Shown here piece by piece: positions 10,180 through 25,887 of a stretch of DNA of 64,000 nucleotides. Position numbers and translations under genes: made by a program. Origin of the DNA: Dechloromonas sp. (GTDB taxonomy: Bacteria > Pseudomonadota > Gammaproteobacteria > Burkholderiales > Rhodocyclaceae); assembly GCA_016791065.1 (NCBI GenBank), contig JAEUOD010000120.1:11214-75213 (forward strand), read 5' to 3'. The notes under the pieces are model-generated. The model was not told the DNA's origin. It did no database searches and worked only from the letters and a program-made list of their open reading frames with translations. How positions within the stretch are numbered: position 1 is the stretch's first letter; each line of letters starts with the position of its first letter.

Positions 10180-12498
10180 TCAGGCCGGGTTTGCCGATGG
10201 CCCGTTTGCGCTACCCTGACGGATCGGCAGGATGACGCGGAACGTGCTGCCCTGGCCGGGCTGGCTTTCCACCTCGATCCGCCCGTTATGGCGCTGAACG
10301 ATGCTGTAGGAAAGCGACAGCCCGAGCCCAGTTCCCTTGCCGACTGGCTTGGTGGTGAAGAAAGGCTCGAAGATGCGCGTCATGTGTTCCGGCGCGATGC
10401 CCTTGCCGGTGTCGCTGACCTCGACGCAGATGTTGTCCTCGCCGTGCATGGCGGTACGGATGGTGATCGTGCCCTGGGTCTCGATGGCATGCCCGGCATT
10501 GACCAGAAGGTTCATGAATACTTGGTTGAGCTGGGAGATCAGGCAGTAGACACGAGGGATGTCGCCATATTCCTTGACCACCTTGCACTTGTACTTGAGC
10601 TCGTTCCAGACAATGTTGAGTGTCGAGTCCAGTCCTTGGTGGAGGTCGGCCTCCTGCCATTCCTGTTCGCCAACACGCGAGAAGCTCTTGAGGTCCTGGA
10701 CGATCTTGCGTACCCGCCCGAGGCCTTCCTTGGACTCGGCGACCAGCTGGAAGATGTCCGTCTTGACGAAGGCGAAGTCGCGCTCGGCCTTGACCTGGTC
10801 GACGGCAGGTAACTCCACGCAGGTGCAGTCGATGGAACTGGTGGCCTTGTCGTAGGCATCGATGATCGCCATCAGGTCGTGAAGGTAGCCGTCGAGGGTG
10901 CCCAGATTGGAATGGACGAAACCGATCGGATTGTTGAGTTCGTGGGCAATGCCGGCTGCCAACTGGCCGATCGAAGCCATTTTCTCCGATTGCAGCAACT
11001 GGTTGTTGGCTTCTTCCAGACGCTTGTTGAGCGACTGCTGCTGATGCAGGGTTTCGGCCAGGGCCAACTGCTGCTGCTTACGTTCGTTGATGTCGGTCAG
11101 GATGCAGTCGAAATGAATCGGTATCCCCTGGTCGTTGCGGTTGATCCGGGTCCGGTCGACCACCCAGATTGCCTGGTTGTCAGCCGTGATCAGGCGATAT
11201 TCCTGTTCGTACGAGTTCTTGCCCTGGGCAACGTGGGTGCTGACCTCTTCCTCGACGCGGGCGCGATCGTCCGGATGAACAAGATCACCGAATTGCGGTT
11301 GTCCTGTTAGCAACGCATCGGGCATGTAGCCCCACTGGCGGACGTTGTCGGTGACGAAGGTGATCGGCCAATTGCCGTCGGGGGTGCAGCGGAAGCAGAC
11401 GACCGGGCTGGCATTGACGACCTGCATCGCTTGCTGCAACGCCGTTTCGGCGCGCTGGCGGCGAACGATGCGCCAGGTTTCATTGGCGATCAACTGCACG
11501 GTTTCAACGTCGAGTGCCGAGTAGTCCTCGGTCTTGTTGCCGACGCCGACAATCATCCGGACGGCACCCCCTTCGACCACCGGGATGCTGAGCAGGCGTT
11601 GCAGCGTCGAGTGGCCCTCCGGCAAGCCGCGCTTGTTTTTGGCACTGGCGTAGTCGTTGATCACCACGGGTTTGCGATTACGTGCTGCATCGGCCCAGAT
11701 ACCTGCTTTGTCGAGCGGATAGTGCTTGTCGTATGTCGCATGGCAATAGTGCGCCAGCGTGCTGCTCGACCACGTAACGAGTTCAATGTCCGTGCCGCTG
11801 TCGTTGACGAAGTGGATGAAGGCGATGCTGCTGCCGGTCAGGTATTCCGCCCGCTCCAGAGCGTATTGCATGAACATCGGTTCATCCATGCCCTCAGCCC
11901 GACTTTGCAGTTCGAGCAGGACGCTGGAACGGCCGATGCGCCGCGAAAGCTCCTGCTGTGCCTCAATACGTGCTGTGACGTCCTCGATGGCGACGGTCAC
12001 GCTTTCCAGTTGGTTGCGATCGTCGTAGACGCCCTGTGCGGCCACTGAGGCGTAGATGATCGAGCCATCGCCGCGGAGGTAGCGTTTCTCCTGTGTGTAC
12101 CGGGATTTTTCACCGCGCTGCAGCGCGGAGAAGTTGGCGAGGCTGATCTCGCGATCCTCCGGGTGAGTGAGTTCATTAAATGTCTTCTCGCGCAGTTCGG
12201 CGGCGCTCAGGCCAAACATCCGGCAGAGCGCTGGGTTGGCTTCCAGCCAGTATTGGTCGAGCGAAACGCGGCCGATGCCGACCATGGCGTGGTCGAAGAT
12301 GGTGCGTAGGCGATTTTCCGAGTCGTAGATGGCGGCGAATTTTCCATGCCAAAACCAGACGAGCAGGCTGACTGCCAGCAGCAGAGCAAGCGAGAAGGCC
12401 CAGTCGTGCGGGCTGGCCTCGAGCAGCCAGGCGGGAAAAAGAATGGCGAAGGCCAGCGATGTCAGCAGACCGAGGAGGACCAGATGACTCTGTTTCAT
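10180..12498 (-). CDS. Sensor histidine kinase (2 TM, PAS, GAF, PAS, HisKA, HATPase)
   Basis: [23 protein letters not shown]-box, [30 protein letters not shown]. Confidence 0.93.
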   Translation of the reverse strand: MKQSHLVLLGLLTSLAFAILFPAWLLEASPHDWAFSLALLLAVSLLVWFWHGKFAAIYDSENRLRTIFDHAMVGIGRVSLDQYWLEANPALCRMFGLSAAELREKTFNELTHPEDREISLANFSALQRGEKSRYTQEKRYLRGDGSIIYASVAAQGVYDDRNQLESVTVAIEDVTARIEAQQELSRRIGRSSVLLELQSRAEGMDEPMFMQYALERAEYLTGSSIAFIHFVNDSGTDIELVTWSSSTLAHYCHATYDKHYPLDKAGIWADAARNRKPVVINDYASAKNKRGLPEGHSTLQRLLSIPVVEGGAVRMIVGVGNKTEDYSALDVETVQLIANETWRIVRRQRAETALQQAMQVVNASPVVCFRCTPDGNWPITFVTDNVRQWGYMPDALLTGQPQFGDLVHPDDRARVEEEVSTHVAQGKNSYEQEYRLITADNQAIWVVDRTRINRNDQGIPIHFDCILTDINERKQQQLALAETLHQQQSLNKRLEEANNQLLQSEKMASIGQLAAGIAHELNNPIGFVHSNLGTLDGYLHDLMAIIDAYDKATSSIDCTCVELPAVDQVKAERDFAFVKTDIFQLVAESKEGLGRVRKIVQDLKSFSRVGEQEWQEADLHQGLDSTLNIVWNELKYKCKVVKEYGDIPRVYCLISQLNQVFMNLLVNAGHAIETQGTITIRTAMHGEDNICVEVSDTGKGIAPEHMTRIFEPFFTTKPVGKGTGLGLSLSYSIVQRHNGRIEVESQPGQGSTFRVILPIRQGSANGPSANPA

Positions 12499-15449
12499 TC
12501 CCCTGGCCTGATCCTGCCGTTATCCCGGAATTCCTTGACGAGGCGGAAGGCTTCGCGGACCTGATCGCGTAGTTGGTCGTCGTCCCAAGGCTTGGTCAGG
12601 AACTTGTAGATCGCGCCGCGGTTGATGGCGCTGGTCACCGAATCGAGGTCGGTGTAGCCGGTGAGCACGATGCGGATGGTGTCCGGGTAAAGCTGGCGGA
12701 CGCGTGCGAAGAACTCGGTGCCCGACATGTCCGGCATACGCTGGTCGGAGAGAATGACCTGGACCGGGTGCTTGGCCAGCAGATCGAAAGCCTCCGTCGG
12801 CGAGGTGGCGGTCAGGATGCTGTAGCCTTCGCGCCGGAGCAGTCGGGAGAGGGAGTTCAGGATGTTCGGCTCATCGTCGACCAGCAGCAGCGTCTGGGCG
12901 CCGTCGCCAGGCAATTCGCTGAAGCGCATGCGCTTGTTGCCAACCATCAGTTGCTCGAATTCGTCGGGGGGCAACGGGCGGCTGAACAGGAAACCCTGCA
13001 TCGCATCACAGCGCCGGCCGCGCAGGAAATTGGCCTGGGCCTCGGTTTCGACGCCTTCGGCGAGCACTGCCAGGTTGAGGCTGCGCGACATCACGATGGC
13101 GGCGGTGGCAATCGCGGCATTAACCGGGTTCTCGGTAATGTCGCGGACGAATCCCTGATCGATCTTCAGCTTGTCGAAAGGGAAGCGTGACAAGTAGGCG
13201 AGCGAGGAATAACCGGTGCCGAAATCGTCGAGCGACAGCTTGACGCCGAGTACCTTCAGGGCGCGGCACATGGCAATGGCTTCATCAGCGTCATCGATGA
13301 AGGCGCTTTCGGTAATTTCCAGCTCCAGCGCGCCTGGCGGCAAGCCAGTATCGCTCAGGGTCTGGCGCACAATCTGAACCAGGCCGGCCTGACGGAACTG
13401 ACGCGCCGACAGGTTGACCGCGACGCGCAGCATCGGGAAGCCAAGGTCCAGCCAGCGCCGCGTCTGCAGGGCAGCGGTGCGCAGCACCCATTCGCCGATT
13501 GGCAGGATGAGGCCGGTTTCCTCGGCGATGGGGATGAATTCGCTCGGCGAAATATTCCCGAACAGGCTGCTATGCCAGCGCAACAGCGCTTCCATGCCGA
13601 TCACGTTGCCGCTTTCGAGGCTGACCTGCGGCTGATAGACCACGGCCAGTTCGTTGTTCTGCAAGGCTTCGCGCAAAGCTGCTTCAAGGCCGAGGCGGCG
13701 GGCGGCGTCGGCGTCCATTTCCGGCGAATAGAAGCGGAAGGTATTGCGGCCAGACTGCTTGGCGCGGGCCAATGCCACGTCGGCCGATTTGAGCAGCTGA
13801 TCGGCCGATTCGCCGTCGCGCGGGGCGACGCTGATGCCGATGCTGGCGGTCAGAGCCAGCGTCTGGCCGTCGACCACGAAGGGCACGGCGATGGCATCGA
13901 GCATGCGTTGAGCGAGGGCGATCGCATCGCGCTCCTGGCCAAGATTGGCCATCACGAAACCGAATTCGTTGCCCGAGCGGCGCCCCACGGTATCGCCTTC
14001 CCGCACCTGCAGATTGAGGCGTCGGGTGACTTCGAGCAATACCTCATCGCCGGCCGGTGGGCCGAGGGTTTCATTGATGAAGCGGAAACGGTCGATATCG
14101 AGCAGGATGGCCGCCGTCTGCCGATTGAAGCGGCGAGCACCCAACAGCGCCTGGGCGAGCCGGTCGGTGAACAGGGTGCGATTGGGCAGGTTGGTCAGCG
14201 GATCGTAGCTTGACAGGTACTGGATGCGGTCGTCGGCTGCCTTGCGCTCGGACAGGTCACTGAAAATGCCGACGTAGTTGATCAGTTGTCCCTGGGTATC
14301 GCGTACGGCGGAAATGTTCAGCCATTCAGTCACCAGCTCGCCATCCTTGCGGCGGTTGGTGATCTCACCTTGCCAACTGTCATGACGGCCGATACTTTCC
14401 CACATGGCCTTGTAGAAAATCGGCGTATGTGCGCCCGATTTGAGTAAGGCCGGTGTCCGGCCCCGAACTTCATCCAGCGGATAGCCGGTGATGCGCGTGA
14501 ATGCGGCATTGGCGAGCAGAATGCGATTGTCGGCATCAGTGATGCAGATACCGTCGCTGATGCCGGTAAAGACCACCGACGACAGGCGGTGCTCGGCCTC
14601 GGCCCGCTTGCGGGCGGTAATGTCGACCATCGTGCCGACGGAGAGCATGGCTTTACCTTGGTCGTTGCGGCGGATCGCCCGGCCTCGGGTTTCGACCCAA
14701 AGCCAGTGGCCGTCGACATGACGAACGCGGAACTCCTCAATATAGACTTCATCGACCGGGCTCTCCAGTTCCGCAATCCGGCTTTCCACTCTGGAGCGAT
14801 CGGCCGGATGAACAAGATCCATAAATTCGGTCAGCATTTGCAGCCCGTGATCGAGTCCGAACGAGCGCCATAGTGACTCGCTTACATCGCACTGACCCGT
14901 GGCATGTTCCAGGTGCCAAATGCCGAAACCACTGGTCGTCACAACCATCTGCAGGCTGCTTTCAAGCTGGCTGTTTTCCTCTACCCGGCGCTTGACCTCG
15001 GACTCCAACCATTGGCGGGCGGTAACCTCGCGGTCACGCCAGGCTTTCAGTTCGAGCTGGGCTTTGACGCGGGCGCGCAGGATGGCCGGCTTGATCGGCT
15101 TGGTGATGTAGTCGGCAGCGCCTTCGGCCAGGCCTCTTTCCTCATCCTCGGCTGCATCGAGCGCGGTGACAAAGATCACCGGAATGTCGCGGGTCTCGGC
15201 GCGGGCACGCAGTTCGGCGAGGACGGCGTGACCGTCCATATCCGGCATCATGATGTCGAGCAGGATGAGGTCGGGACGTGGCGCCAAGCTTGCGTAGCGG
15301 AGGGCGGTCTGGCCATTGCAGGCCACCCGTACGCTGACGTCGACTTCGCGCAGCATCTCGGCGATTGTCGTCAGGTTGACGGGAACATCATCCACCACCA
15401 GCACCACGGGCTGGCTTGCAGGGGGCATATCCCGCTGCTGATCGGTCAT
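12495..15449 (-). CDS. REC-PAS-PAS-GGDEF(degenerate)-EAL-REC c-di-GMP phosphodiesterase
   Basis: LVVDD/LLDIMMP receiver, SGNEF at the GGDEF site, [22 protein letters not shown]-terminal receiver VDDE..SDQRMP. Confidence 0.92.
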   Translation of the reverse strand: MTDQQRDMPPASQPVVLVVDDVPVNLTTIAEMLREVDVSVRVACNGQTALRYASLAPRPDLILLDIMMPDMDGHAVLAELRARAETRDIPVIFVTALDAAEDEERGLAEGAADYITKPIKPAILRARVKAQLELKAWRDREVTARQWLESEVKRRVEENSQLESSLQMVVTTSGFGIWHLEHATGQCDVSESLWRSFGLDHGLQMLTEFMDLVHPADRSRVESRIAELESPVDEVYIEEFRVRHVDGHWLWVETRGRAIRRNDQGKAMLSVGTMVDITARKRAEAEHRLSSVVFTGISDGICITDADNRILLANAAFTRITGYPLDEVRGRTPALLKSGAHTPIFYKAMWESIGRHDSWQGEITNRRKDGELVTEWLNISAVRDTQGQLINYVGIFSDLSERKAADDRIQYLSSYDPLTNLPNRTLFTDRLAQALLGARRFNRQTAAILLDIDRFRFINETLGPPAGDEVLLEVTRRLNLQVREGDTVGRRSGNEFGFVMANLGQERDAIALAQRMLDAIAVPFVVDGQTLALTASIGISVAPRDGESADQLLKSADVALARAKQSGRNTFRFYSPEMDADAARRLGLEAALREALQNNELAVVYQPQVSLESGNVIGMEALLRWHSSLFGNISPSEFIPIAEETGLILPIGEWVLRTAALQTRRWLDLGFPMLRVAVNLSARQFRQAGLVQIVRQTLSDTGLPPGALELEITESAFIDDADEAIAMCRALKVLGVKLSLDDFGTGYSSLAYLSRFPFDKLKIDQGFVRDITENPVNAAIATAAIVMSRSLNLAVLAEGVETEAQANFLRGRRCDAMQGFLFSRPLPPDEFEQLMVGNKRMRFSELPGDGAQTLLLVDDEPNILNSLSRLLRREGYSILTATSPTEAFDLLAKHPVQVILSDQRMPDMSGTEFFARVRQLYPDTIRIVLTGYTDLDSVTSAINRGAIYKFLTKPWDDDQLRDQVREAFRLVKEFRDNGRIRPGE

Positions 15450-15539
15450 TCCGGCTTGCCTCCGGGTATTCTCATCCGTATCGCTAGTTTCTCCCGCTCC
15501 GCCTTCTGCGGCAAGGGGGAACTGTCATTTTCCGGATTG

Positions 15540-18536
15540 TCAGTGCCTTTCACCAAGCATGGTGCGCAACAAGGTCAGGGCCAATTCGTAATCAAAAGCC
15601 TCCACCGCCTGGCGCAATTTAGGGAAGTGTCCGGGGTAGGCGCGGTGCAGGGCGCTCTGCAAACGCATGAAATGGAGGCTGGCCTCGACGTCGCCGGTAG
15701 CCAGTTGCGCTTCCAGTACCGAAAGCTCCTGGGCCAGTTTGTCGACGCCAATGTCGATGTCGGCGGAGGGAACAGGGCTGGTGGCATCAGAATGCGTTGT
15801 TGATGTCTCGGCCGGGAGGTACGCACCGATGACGTTGTAGAGTTGATCCGGCTCGACCGGTTTGGCGAGGAAATCGTTCATTCCGGCTGCCAGGCAGCGT
15901 TCTCGGTCTTCGCTGAAGGCATTGGCAGTCAGCGCGACGATCGGTACCTGCTCGCCGCCGGGCAGGGCGCGGATCAGGCGTGTTGCTTCCAGTCCGTCGA
16001 GGATGGGCATGCGCATGTCCATGAGGATCAGGTCGTACTTGCCGGGCACGAAGCGATCCACCGCCAGTTGCCCGTTCTCGGCTGTCTCCACGCTCAGGCC
16101 CACCGCCTCCAGCAGTGCGCAACCAATTTCGCGATTGACCGCTTCGTCCTCGACCAGCAGCACACGGCCGCTCAGCCGCTGTGTCGGGGGGGCGGGATGT
16201 TGCGCGGGGAGGGCTGTCTCGCCATTCGCAGGCTCAAGCCGGGCGGTAATCCAGAAGGTGCTGCCTTCGCCGGGGCTGCTGCGGACGCCGACTTCACCAC
16301 CCATCAGGCGTGCGAGGTGTTGGGCGATGGCGAGGCCGAGGCCGGTGCCACCGAAGCGCCGGGTGGTCGAGGCGTCGAGTTGCTCGAAGGGATTGAACAG
16401 GCGGGGAATTTCCTCTGCCGGGATGCCGATTCCGGTATCGGCTACGGCAAAACGGCAGAGCAGCGCTCCATGGTCATTGGCCTCGATGTGGCCAGTGATG
16501 GTGATTTGTCCACGTTCGGTGAATTTGACGGCATTGCCCGCAAAATTGATCAGGATCTGGCGCAGGCGGGTCGCATCGCCCAGCAAGTTGGCCGGCAGGT
16601 TGCCGCAATCGACGTTGACGGCCAGTTCCTTGGCTCGGGCCTGTTCGCGGATGACGCTGCCGACCTCGCGCAGCAACTCGCCCGGATTGAAGGTCTGTCG
16701 GTCGAGCACGATCTTGCCGGCTTCGATCTTGGAAAGGTCGAGGATGTTGTTGATGATCTGCAGCAGATGTTCGGCCGCCGAGGATATCTTGTTGAGCTTG
16801 CTGCGCTGCTCGTCGTTGAGCGGGTCGCGTAGCAGCAGATAATTGAGGCCGAGGATCGCATTCATCGGTGTGCGGATTTCATGGCTCATGTTGGCTAGGA
16901 AGTCCGATTTCGCCCGGTTGGCAGCCTCAGCGGCAGACTTGGCCTCGGCCAGTTGCTCGGTGCGCAGTGCCACCTGTTCTTCGAGGTGCTGGCGGTAACT
17001 CTCCAGTTCGCCCTCGATCCGGCGACGTTCGGTGATGTCCTCCTTGATCGCGACATACTGGCTGATCTGACCGTCGTCGCCACGGATCGGCGCGATGATG
17101 GCCAGTTCGGTGTATTGCGAACCATCTTTGCGCCGATTGACGAATTCGCCGCGCCAGACCCGGCCCGCAGACAGGTTTATCCACATGTCGCGATAGGTTT
17201 CTGGTGGTGTCAGCCCCGAATTGAGGATGTTCGGGTTACGGCCGAGCACCTCGTCGCGTGCATAGCCGCTGGCACGCTCGAAAGCCCGGTTGATGTAGAT
17301 GATACGGGCGTCGGCATCGGTAATCACGATGCTGGTCGGGCTCTGCTCAACTGCGGTCGACAGGCGAATGAGATCTTGTTGCGCCGCTTCGAGTTCGTGC
17401 AGTCGCTCGCTCAGAGTCTCGTTGAGCGTTTCGATGGCTTGCCGGTCGGCACGGTACTGAAGCTCGCGTTTTTCCAATGCCTCTGCCATGTCGTTGAAAC
17501 GCTGGTCCAGGATGGCCAACTCGCCTGGCAGGCGGCGTTCGCTCAAGCGCACCGAGAATTCGCCGGCAGCAACACTCCCAGTGACGCTCTTGAGGCGGTC
17601 GAGCCAGCGTTCCACAAGGTTGTAGAGATAGATCCGGGACAGCAGGATGGACAGCAAACTGACACCGGCGAGGAGCAGCATGCGCAGCCAGAAGTTGCGC
17701 TCGATGACACCCAGGGTCTGGTTGACCGGCGCACCGACCGCAACGATCAGACCTTCGCGGGCGCTTTCCACCTGGCGCAGGTAAAAGACGCGTTCGACGC
17801 CGTCCAGACCCGTGCTGTATGCCTTGCGGCGGCCCGAGTCGAGTGCCGCCATCAACGTGTTTCGAATCTCGGGGGCGAACTGGGCGTTGCGCCACTGCTC
17901 CGGATTAGGATAGCGCGACAAAACCCTGCCGTCGGCGGCAAACATCACCGTGCTCCAGCCTTCCGGCAGATTATGGTTCTGGGTCAGGCGGTCGAACCAG
18001 GAAACCTCGCTGGCGGCGAAAAGGACAGCACGCAGTTTGCCTGAGGCATCGTGCATGGGGCGGCCGAAGGTGATGCTGGGCTTGCCGGATATTTTGCCGA
18101 TCAGGAACTGGCCACTGCCGACATCGGATTTATTGATGGCGTCGCGAAACCAGCTTCGGTCAGCGACATTGACGATACCGGCGGTAGGTAGCGCGCTGCA
18201 GAATACGTCGCCGTTGGGATAGACCGCTCCGACGTTGGCCATGTTTTCCGCATTGGTGATCAGTCGCCTCGCCAGCCCGCGGCAATCCTCCGGATCCAGC
18301 GAGACCATGTTGTCCGCCTTGGCCATGGTATTGAGTAACTGCCGAACCTGACGCAGCGATGCCGTTTCCTCGACATGCGAGTTGTGTAGCAGAAGACGGG
18401 CGCGTTCCTCGATCTGTACCGTGGCTGCTTCCTTCTCACGGCGCGAATCGACGATGGTGAGGATGAAGAGCGGCAGCAGGGCCAGGCCCAGAACCAACCA
18501 GAACCGGCTAGCCAGCGAGAAACTGTTGAATGTCAT
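15540..18536 (-). CDS. Hybrid sensor kinase (Cache-like, HAMP, PAS, HisKA, HATPase, REC); start probably ATG 18536
   Basis: [39 protein letters not shown]. Confidence 0.92.
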   Translation of the reverse strand: MTFNSFSLASRFWLVLGLALLPLFILTIVDSRREKEAATVQIEERARLLLHNSHVEETASLRQVRQLLNTMAKADNMVSLDPEDCRGLARRLITNAENMANVGAVYPNGDVFCSALPTAGIVNVADRSWFRDAINKSDVGSGQFLIGKISGKPSITFGRPMHDASGKLRAVLFAASEVSWFDRLTQNHNLPEGWSTVMFAADGRVLSRYPNPEQWRNAQFAPEIRNTLMAALDSGRRKAYSTGLDGVERVFYLRQVESAREGLIVAVGAPVNQTLGVIERNFWLRMLLLAGVSLLSILLSRIYLYNLVERWLDRLKSVTGSVAAGEFSVRLSERRLPGELAILDQRFNDMAEALEKRELQYRADRQAIETLNETLSERLHELEAAQQDLIRLSTAVEQSPTSIVITDADARIIYINRAFERASGYARDEVLGRNPNILNSGLTPPETYRDMWINLSAGRVWRGEFVNRRKDGSQYTELAIIAPIRGDDGQISQYVAIKEDITERRRIEGELESYRQHLEEQVALRTEQLAEAKSAAEAANRAKSDFLANMSHEIRTPMNAILGLNYLLLRDPLNDEQRSKLNKISSAAEHLLQIINNILDLSKIEAGKIVLDRQTFNPGELLREVGSVIREQARAKELAVNVDCGNLPANLLGDATRLRQILINFAGNAVKFTERGQITITGHIEANDHGALLCRFAVADTGIGIPAEEIPRLFNPFEQLDASTTRRFGGTGLGLAIAQHLARLMGGEVGVRSSPGEGSTFWITARLEPANGETALPAQHPAPPTQRLSGRVLLVEDEAVNREIGCALLEAVGLSVETAENGQLAVDRFVPGKYDLILMDMRMPILDGLEATRLIRALPGGEQVPIVALTANAFSEDRERCLAAGMNDFLAKPVEPDQLYNVIGAYLPAETSTTHSDATSPVPSADIDIGVDKLAQELSVLEAQLATGDVEASLHFMRLQSALHRAYPGHFPKLRQAVEAFDYELALTLLRTMLGERH

Positions 18537-18785
18537 GGCGTCGTCTTCATGCTCTTTGCCGGGGTTCGGGAACTCGTCTGGACGGTACGGCGTGACCATC
18601 GGCAGCGGCCGGTTTTAGACACCGCCTGCGATCACGTTGTTAAGTATTTCTCCGTTGGCGTCGGAGATCAACGCATTTTTCATGTCCCGGCGCGAGGGGA
18701 GGGAATAATCTGCATCGGTGGCGGCAATCTGCTTTGCATGGGCGTAGAATCGACTTGCTGCATCGCAACATCCTCAGGAAGGGCC

Positions 18786-22401
<3,616 letters not shown>

Positions 22402-22409
<8 letters not shown>

Positions 22410-23412
22410 CCTGTCGACTACCCATCTCGGGCTTGAACTGAAAAACCCGATCGTTCCCTCGTCGTCGCCGCTCAGCCACAAGCTCGACTCCGTGCTGCAT
22501 CTGGAGGATGCCGGTGCAGCGGCCATCGTCATGCACTCGCTGTTCGAAGAGGACGTGCGCAACGACGAGCAGATGATGGATCGCTTCCTGATCCATCCCG
22601 ACAGCTTCGGCGAGGCGGCGGGGCACGTGCCCTTCGGCGACGATTACCTGAGCAAGCTCGACGCTTACCTGGAGCAGATCATGCTGCTCAAGTCGCGGCT
22701 CGATATCCCTGTCATCGCCAGCCTCAACGGCAATTCGCTGAACGGCTGGGTCGAGCTCGGCCGGGAAATGCAGCATGCCGGGGCCGATGCCCTCGAACTC
22801 AACGCCTGGTACATGCCGGGCGACCCGCAATTGAGCGGTGAGGCGGTCGAGGAGCATTACCTGGCATTGCTGCGCGAACTGAAAACGGTGGTCGGCATCC
22901 CGGTCTGCATGAAGCTGTCGCCCTTTTTTTCCTCGCTGCCGAATTTCGTCCAGCGAGCCGAGGCGGCGGGGGCGGCCGGGCTATCGCTCTTCAATCGCTT
23001 CTATCAGCCCGACATCGACCTCGATACCCTGCAGGTGGTCGATCGCGTCCAGCTATCCAGTTCGGCCGATACGCTGCTCGCCATGCGCTGGATCGCCATC
23101 CTGCGCGGTCGCACCGGCCTCAGTCTGGCGGCGACCGGCGGTGTGCACGAGGCCGGCGATGCGCTCAAGATGCTGCTGGCTGGCGCCGATGCGGTCCATA
23201 TGGCGAGCGCGCTGCTGCAACGCGGTCCCCTGGCCATTGGCGAGGTACTTGCCGGTATCTGCCGCTGGATGGAGGAACGGGAATACGAATCGGTGGCGCA
23301 ACTCAAGGGCTCGATGAGCCAGCAAAACCTGCCTGACCCGGGGGCATTCGCCCGTGCGGCCTACCTCAATGCGCTGGATTCGTTCACGCCGCCGGCCGGG
23401 GTGCGGTATTGA
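22402..23412 (+). CDS. Dihydroorotate dehydrogenase-like FMN protein, coupled to nifJ
   Basis: LGLELKNP, IASLNG, DALELN, KLSP, ATGGV, LLAGADAV; overlaps the nifJ stop. Confidence 0.88.
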
Positions 23413-23435
23413 GCGTCGTGGAAGCAAATATGAAG

Positions 23436-23461
23436 AAGGGCACGGGGTAAGCGTGCCCTTT
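23436..23461. terminator. Hairpin between convergent genes, likely bidirectional terminator
   Basis: AAGGGCACG-N7-CGTGCCCTT inverted repeat. Confidence 0.5.
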
Positions 23462-23488
23462 GCCCATGTCCGGCAAATGCCGGGCTGT

Positions 23489-24457
23489 TCAGTTTCTTGA
23501 ACGCAGGCGTAGCAGGCCGAGGCAGGCCAGTGCGATCCCGATCAACGCAATGGCGCCCGGCTCCGGGATTTCGGTAGGCAGGCGGATGGCGCTGATCGCC
23601 AGTCCGAAGCGCTCGGTGGTGTTGGCCGTTTCCAGCGTGCGGAAACCGAAGCACTGGTTGCCGGCGGCAAGCGGGTCGCCATCGAGATTGAGCGCACTGC
23701 ATTCGCCGCTGGTCAGGGCAGCGATGCCGATGGCGTCGAGCGTGCCGTCGGCATGGAGGGAGAGGACGCTGGCGAAGTACTGGAAGCCGTCATAGATGAA
23801 GGATTGGTTGACGGTCTGGGTACCGATGAAACCGAACAAATCCGGGCATCCACCGCCTGCCGCGTTGTAACCGTAGTCTCCCACGGCTGATTTGCCATCG
23901 GCGCAAAGCCCGTTGGTACCGGCGTTGGGTGTTTCCCTGAACTGGAAGTTGAAAACCAGGGTAGGACCGGCCTGAGAGGGGCCAATACCGGGAAGTTCCG
24001 GCGTCAAGGTCAGGGTGTCGGTGATGGTCGCGCCGCGCAGGGTTTCATAGTTTCCGTTGAGCACGTTGTTCCAGTGCGTGAACGAAATGCCCTTGCCGAT
24101 TTCCGTGCCGGTCAGGGTGAGATCGGTATTGGTCTGGACGCTACCGACAGCCGGGCCGCCTCCCGTCAGCGCTCCGGTAGCAAAATTGCCTACGGTCAGC
24201 GCGCTGCGGTTGAGGCTCGAATCGGCGCTGGGCGACTGGATGCTGCCGGCTGACCAGCCCCAGGCCAGTTCGGAGGCGGAGATCGTGGACGTGGTGCCGG
24301 CGATGCCGTCATCGCCAGACCAGCTGGGCGCGGAAAACACGGCGTTGTTCGAATATCCCCACTGCGTCACCATGGCTGCCTGGGCAAATCCGGAAGCCAT
24401 GAGCAGACTGAGCGCCGAGATGGCTACGCGCATTGAGCGATTGTCTAGCTTCTTCAT
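23489..24457 (-). CDS. THxN-family PEP-CTERM surface protein (start 24457 or 24463)
   Basis: Signal peptide ending AQA, FTHWNN motif, F.ETPN, paired Cys, C-terminal IPEP-TM-RLRSR sorting signal. Confidence 0.88.
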   Translation of the reverse strand: MKKLDNRSMRVAISALSLLMASGFAQAAMVTQWGYSNNAVFSAPSWSGDDGIAGTTSTISASELAWGWSAGSIQSPSADSSLNRSALTVGNFATGALTGGGPAVGSVQTNTDLTLTGTEIGKGISFTHWNNVLNGNYETLRGATITDTLTLTPELPGIGPSQAGPTLVFNFQFRETPNAGTNGLCADGKSAVGDYGYNAAGGGCPDLFGFIGTQTVNQSFIYDGFQYFASVLSLHADGTLDAIGIAALTSGECSALNLDGDPLAAGNQCFGFRTLETANTTERFGLAISAIRLPTEIPEPGAIALIGIALACLGLLRLRSRN

Positions 24458-24515
24458 TTTCATTCCCTTCATGATTCTGTTGCAAATGGCAGGGTGTCCG
24501 CAGGCAATGGAATCG

Positions 24516-24531
24516 AGCATAAGCAATGCCA
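24516..24531 (-). promoter_or_regulatory. sigma54 (-24/-12) promoter of the PEP-CTERM gene
   Basis: Minus strand TGGCATTGCTTATGCT = GG-N10-GC, about 60 nt upstream of the start codon. Confidence 0.7.
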
Positions 24532-24672
24532 TTGGTCGCGATGCGCGGCCTCCGGCCTTGGTCTCGAAGCTGTAGGTTGCTGATTATGAATAAATATATG
24601 AAGTGAAAAAAATGGCAAATATGAATTCGTGCTGTTCCGATATTCCGCGGGAATGGCGTGGTTTGCCGAGCC

Positions 24673-24689
24673 TGTAAATCTTCTCGACA
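24673..24689. promoter_or_regulatory. Candidate enhancer-binding-protein site (TGT-N11-ACA)
   Basis: TGTAAATCTTCTCGACA about 140 nt upstream of the sigma54 site, beyond an AT-rich tract. Confidence 0.55.
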
Positions 24690-24826
24690 GCGGGAGGCGC
24701 GGGCGGCGCAGCAGGTGCCAAGGCATTTCGTGAAAGCGAGGGAGCGGAAGCCCGGCCGGTGGTGAACAAGCGCCGGCAGCAGGTCGTTTACCGGTTGGCG
24801 AGACTGATGAAAGATGCTGTCGGCTT

Positions 24827-24843
24827 TGTCAAATTTTCCGACA
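24827..24843. promoter_or_regulatory. Second TGT-N11-ACA site
   Basis: TGTCAAATTTTCCGACA, similar to the 24673 site. Confidence 0.45.
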
Positions 24844-24866
24844 TTGATGTTTGTTGCCGGGCATGC

Positions 24867-25676
24867 TCAGCAGCGTAGCGCATCGGCGCTTCGGCTGAAC
24901 CCGAACCCCCGGCTGGCGCTCGGTGGCTGGATGCAGATCAGGATGCCGAGCGAACGAGCCGAACGCTGCAGGTCGGCCGGGAAGGCTGAGAAGGGGACGG
25001 CCTGTTCGACAACCGAGCGGACGAAGGCAATTTCGTCTTGCTGGTCGGCGGCGTTGATGATCTCGAAGCGGCGCAGCGTGCCGTTCGGATTCAGCTGGAC
25101 GCGGACCAGAGCGGCGCGTACACCTTTGGCGCGCGGGTCGTTGCGGACGAAGCCGGCGCTGCGGTTGAGTTTCTTGACGACCGCATCGAGATACATTTCC
25201 AGGCTGAACGGATCGGGTTCCGGACTGTTCGGCAGGCGTTCGACGACCTCGCGTGCCGCCATGTCCTGGCGGGCCAGATCCCGTCCGGCTTCACGGGCCA
25301 TGGCCCGTGAGCGCTCCGCCAGGCTGGGCGGCGGGCGGCGCTCGCGATTGAGTTCATCGAGAAATGCGTCCATCTCCCGCTTTTCGGCGGCGCTCCACTG
25401 TCGGTTCGGTGGGCTGACGGTGCGTGCACCGGGGCGGTTGGTAGCGAGAACCTTGGGCTTGGGGGCGGATTGTTTTGTCGGCCTCGTCTGGCTGACGCTC
25501 GGCGGCTGCGCCAGCGGGGTCGGCTCGGGTTGGCGCAGGGTGGCGGCGAGCGGTGCGCCAGCCGGCTTTTGCGGATGGCGCTGGGACTTTTCGGGCAGCC
25601 AAAGGGCAAGGGCATGCAGCGCCAGAGAGAACGCAATGGCCAGATGCAGGCGGAGCGAATGGTCGGGTGGAGGCAT
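24867..25676 (-). CDS. TonB/TolA C-terminal-domain protein
   Basis: N-terminal SLALH TM motif, Pro-rich linker, C-terminal V.LNPNGTL...V..AVPFSAFP; start probably ATG 25676. Confidence 0.7.
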   Translation of the reverse strand: MPPPDHSLRLHLAIAFSLALHALALWLPEKSQRHPQKPAGAPLAATLRQPEPTPLAQPPSVSQTRPTKQSAPKPKVLATNRPGARTVSPPNRQWSAAEKREMDAFLDELNRERRPPPSLAERSRAMAREAGRDLARQDMAAREVVERLPNSPEPDPFSLEMYLDAVVKKLNRSAGFVRNDPRAKGVRAALVRVQLNPNGTLRRFEIINAADQQDEIAFVRSVVEQAVPFSAFPADLQRSARSLGILICIQPPSASRGFGFSRSADALRC

Positions 25677-25887
25677 TGGAGGGCGGGGCAAGCCCTTGAT
25701 CTTACCGTGCCGACGGCTCTCCAGCCATGCTTTTTGGCGGCTTCGGAAAGCGCTCGGCAAGAGGATTTCCGGGCGTCCAGAAAGTTGATGACAACGTCCA
25801 TCTTTTGTCACAGTATTACAGAGAGACCCCGCGCTGGATCGGTGCGACGAGGTCGGAGCAGGATTCAGCGTCGTTTAAGGGAGAAAC

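Noticed and set aside
18549-18785. N-terminal extension of nifJ in the ORF track, and possible NifA/sigma54/FNR control
   Set aside because: Homology starts at ATG 18786 with an RBS; the nearest GG..GC has 9-nt spacing and the ATCAA half-site lacks a correctly spaced partner; no nif genes in the window
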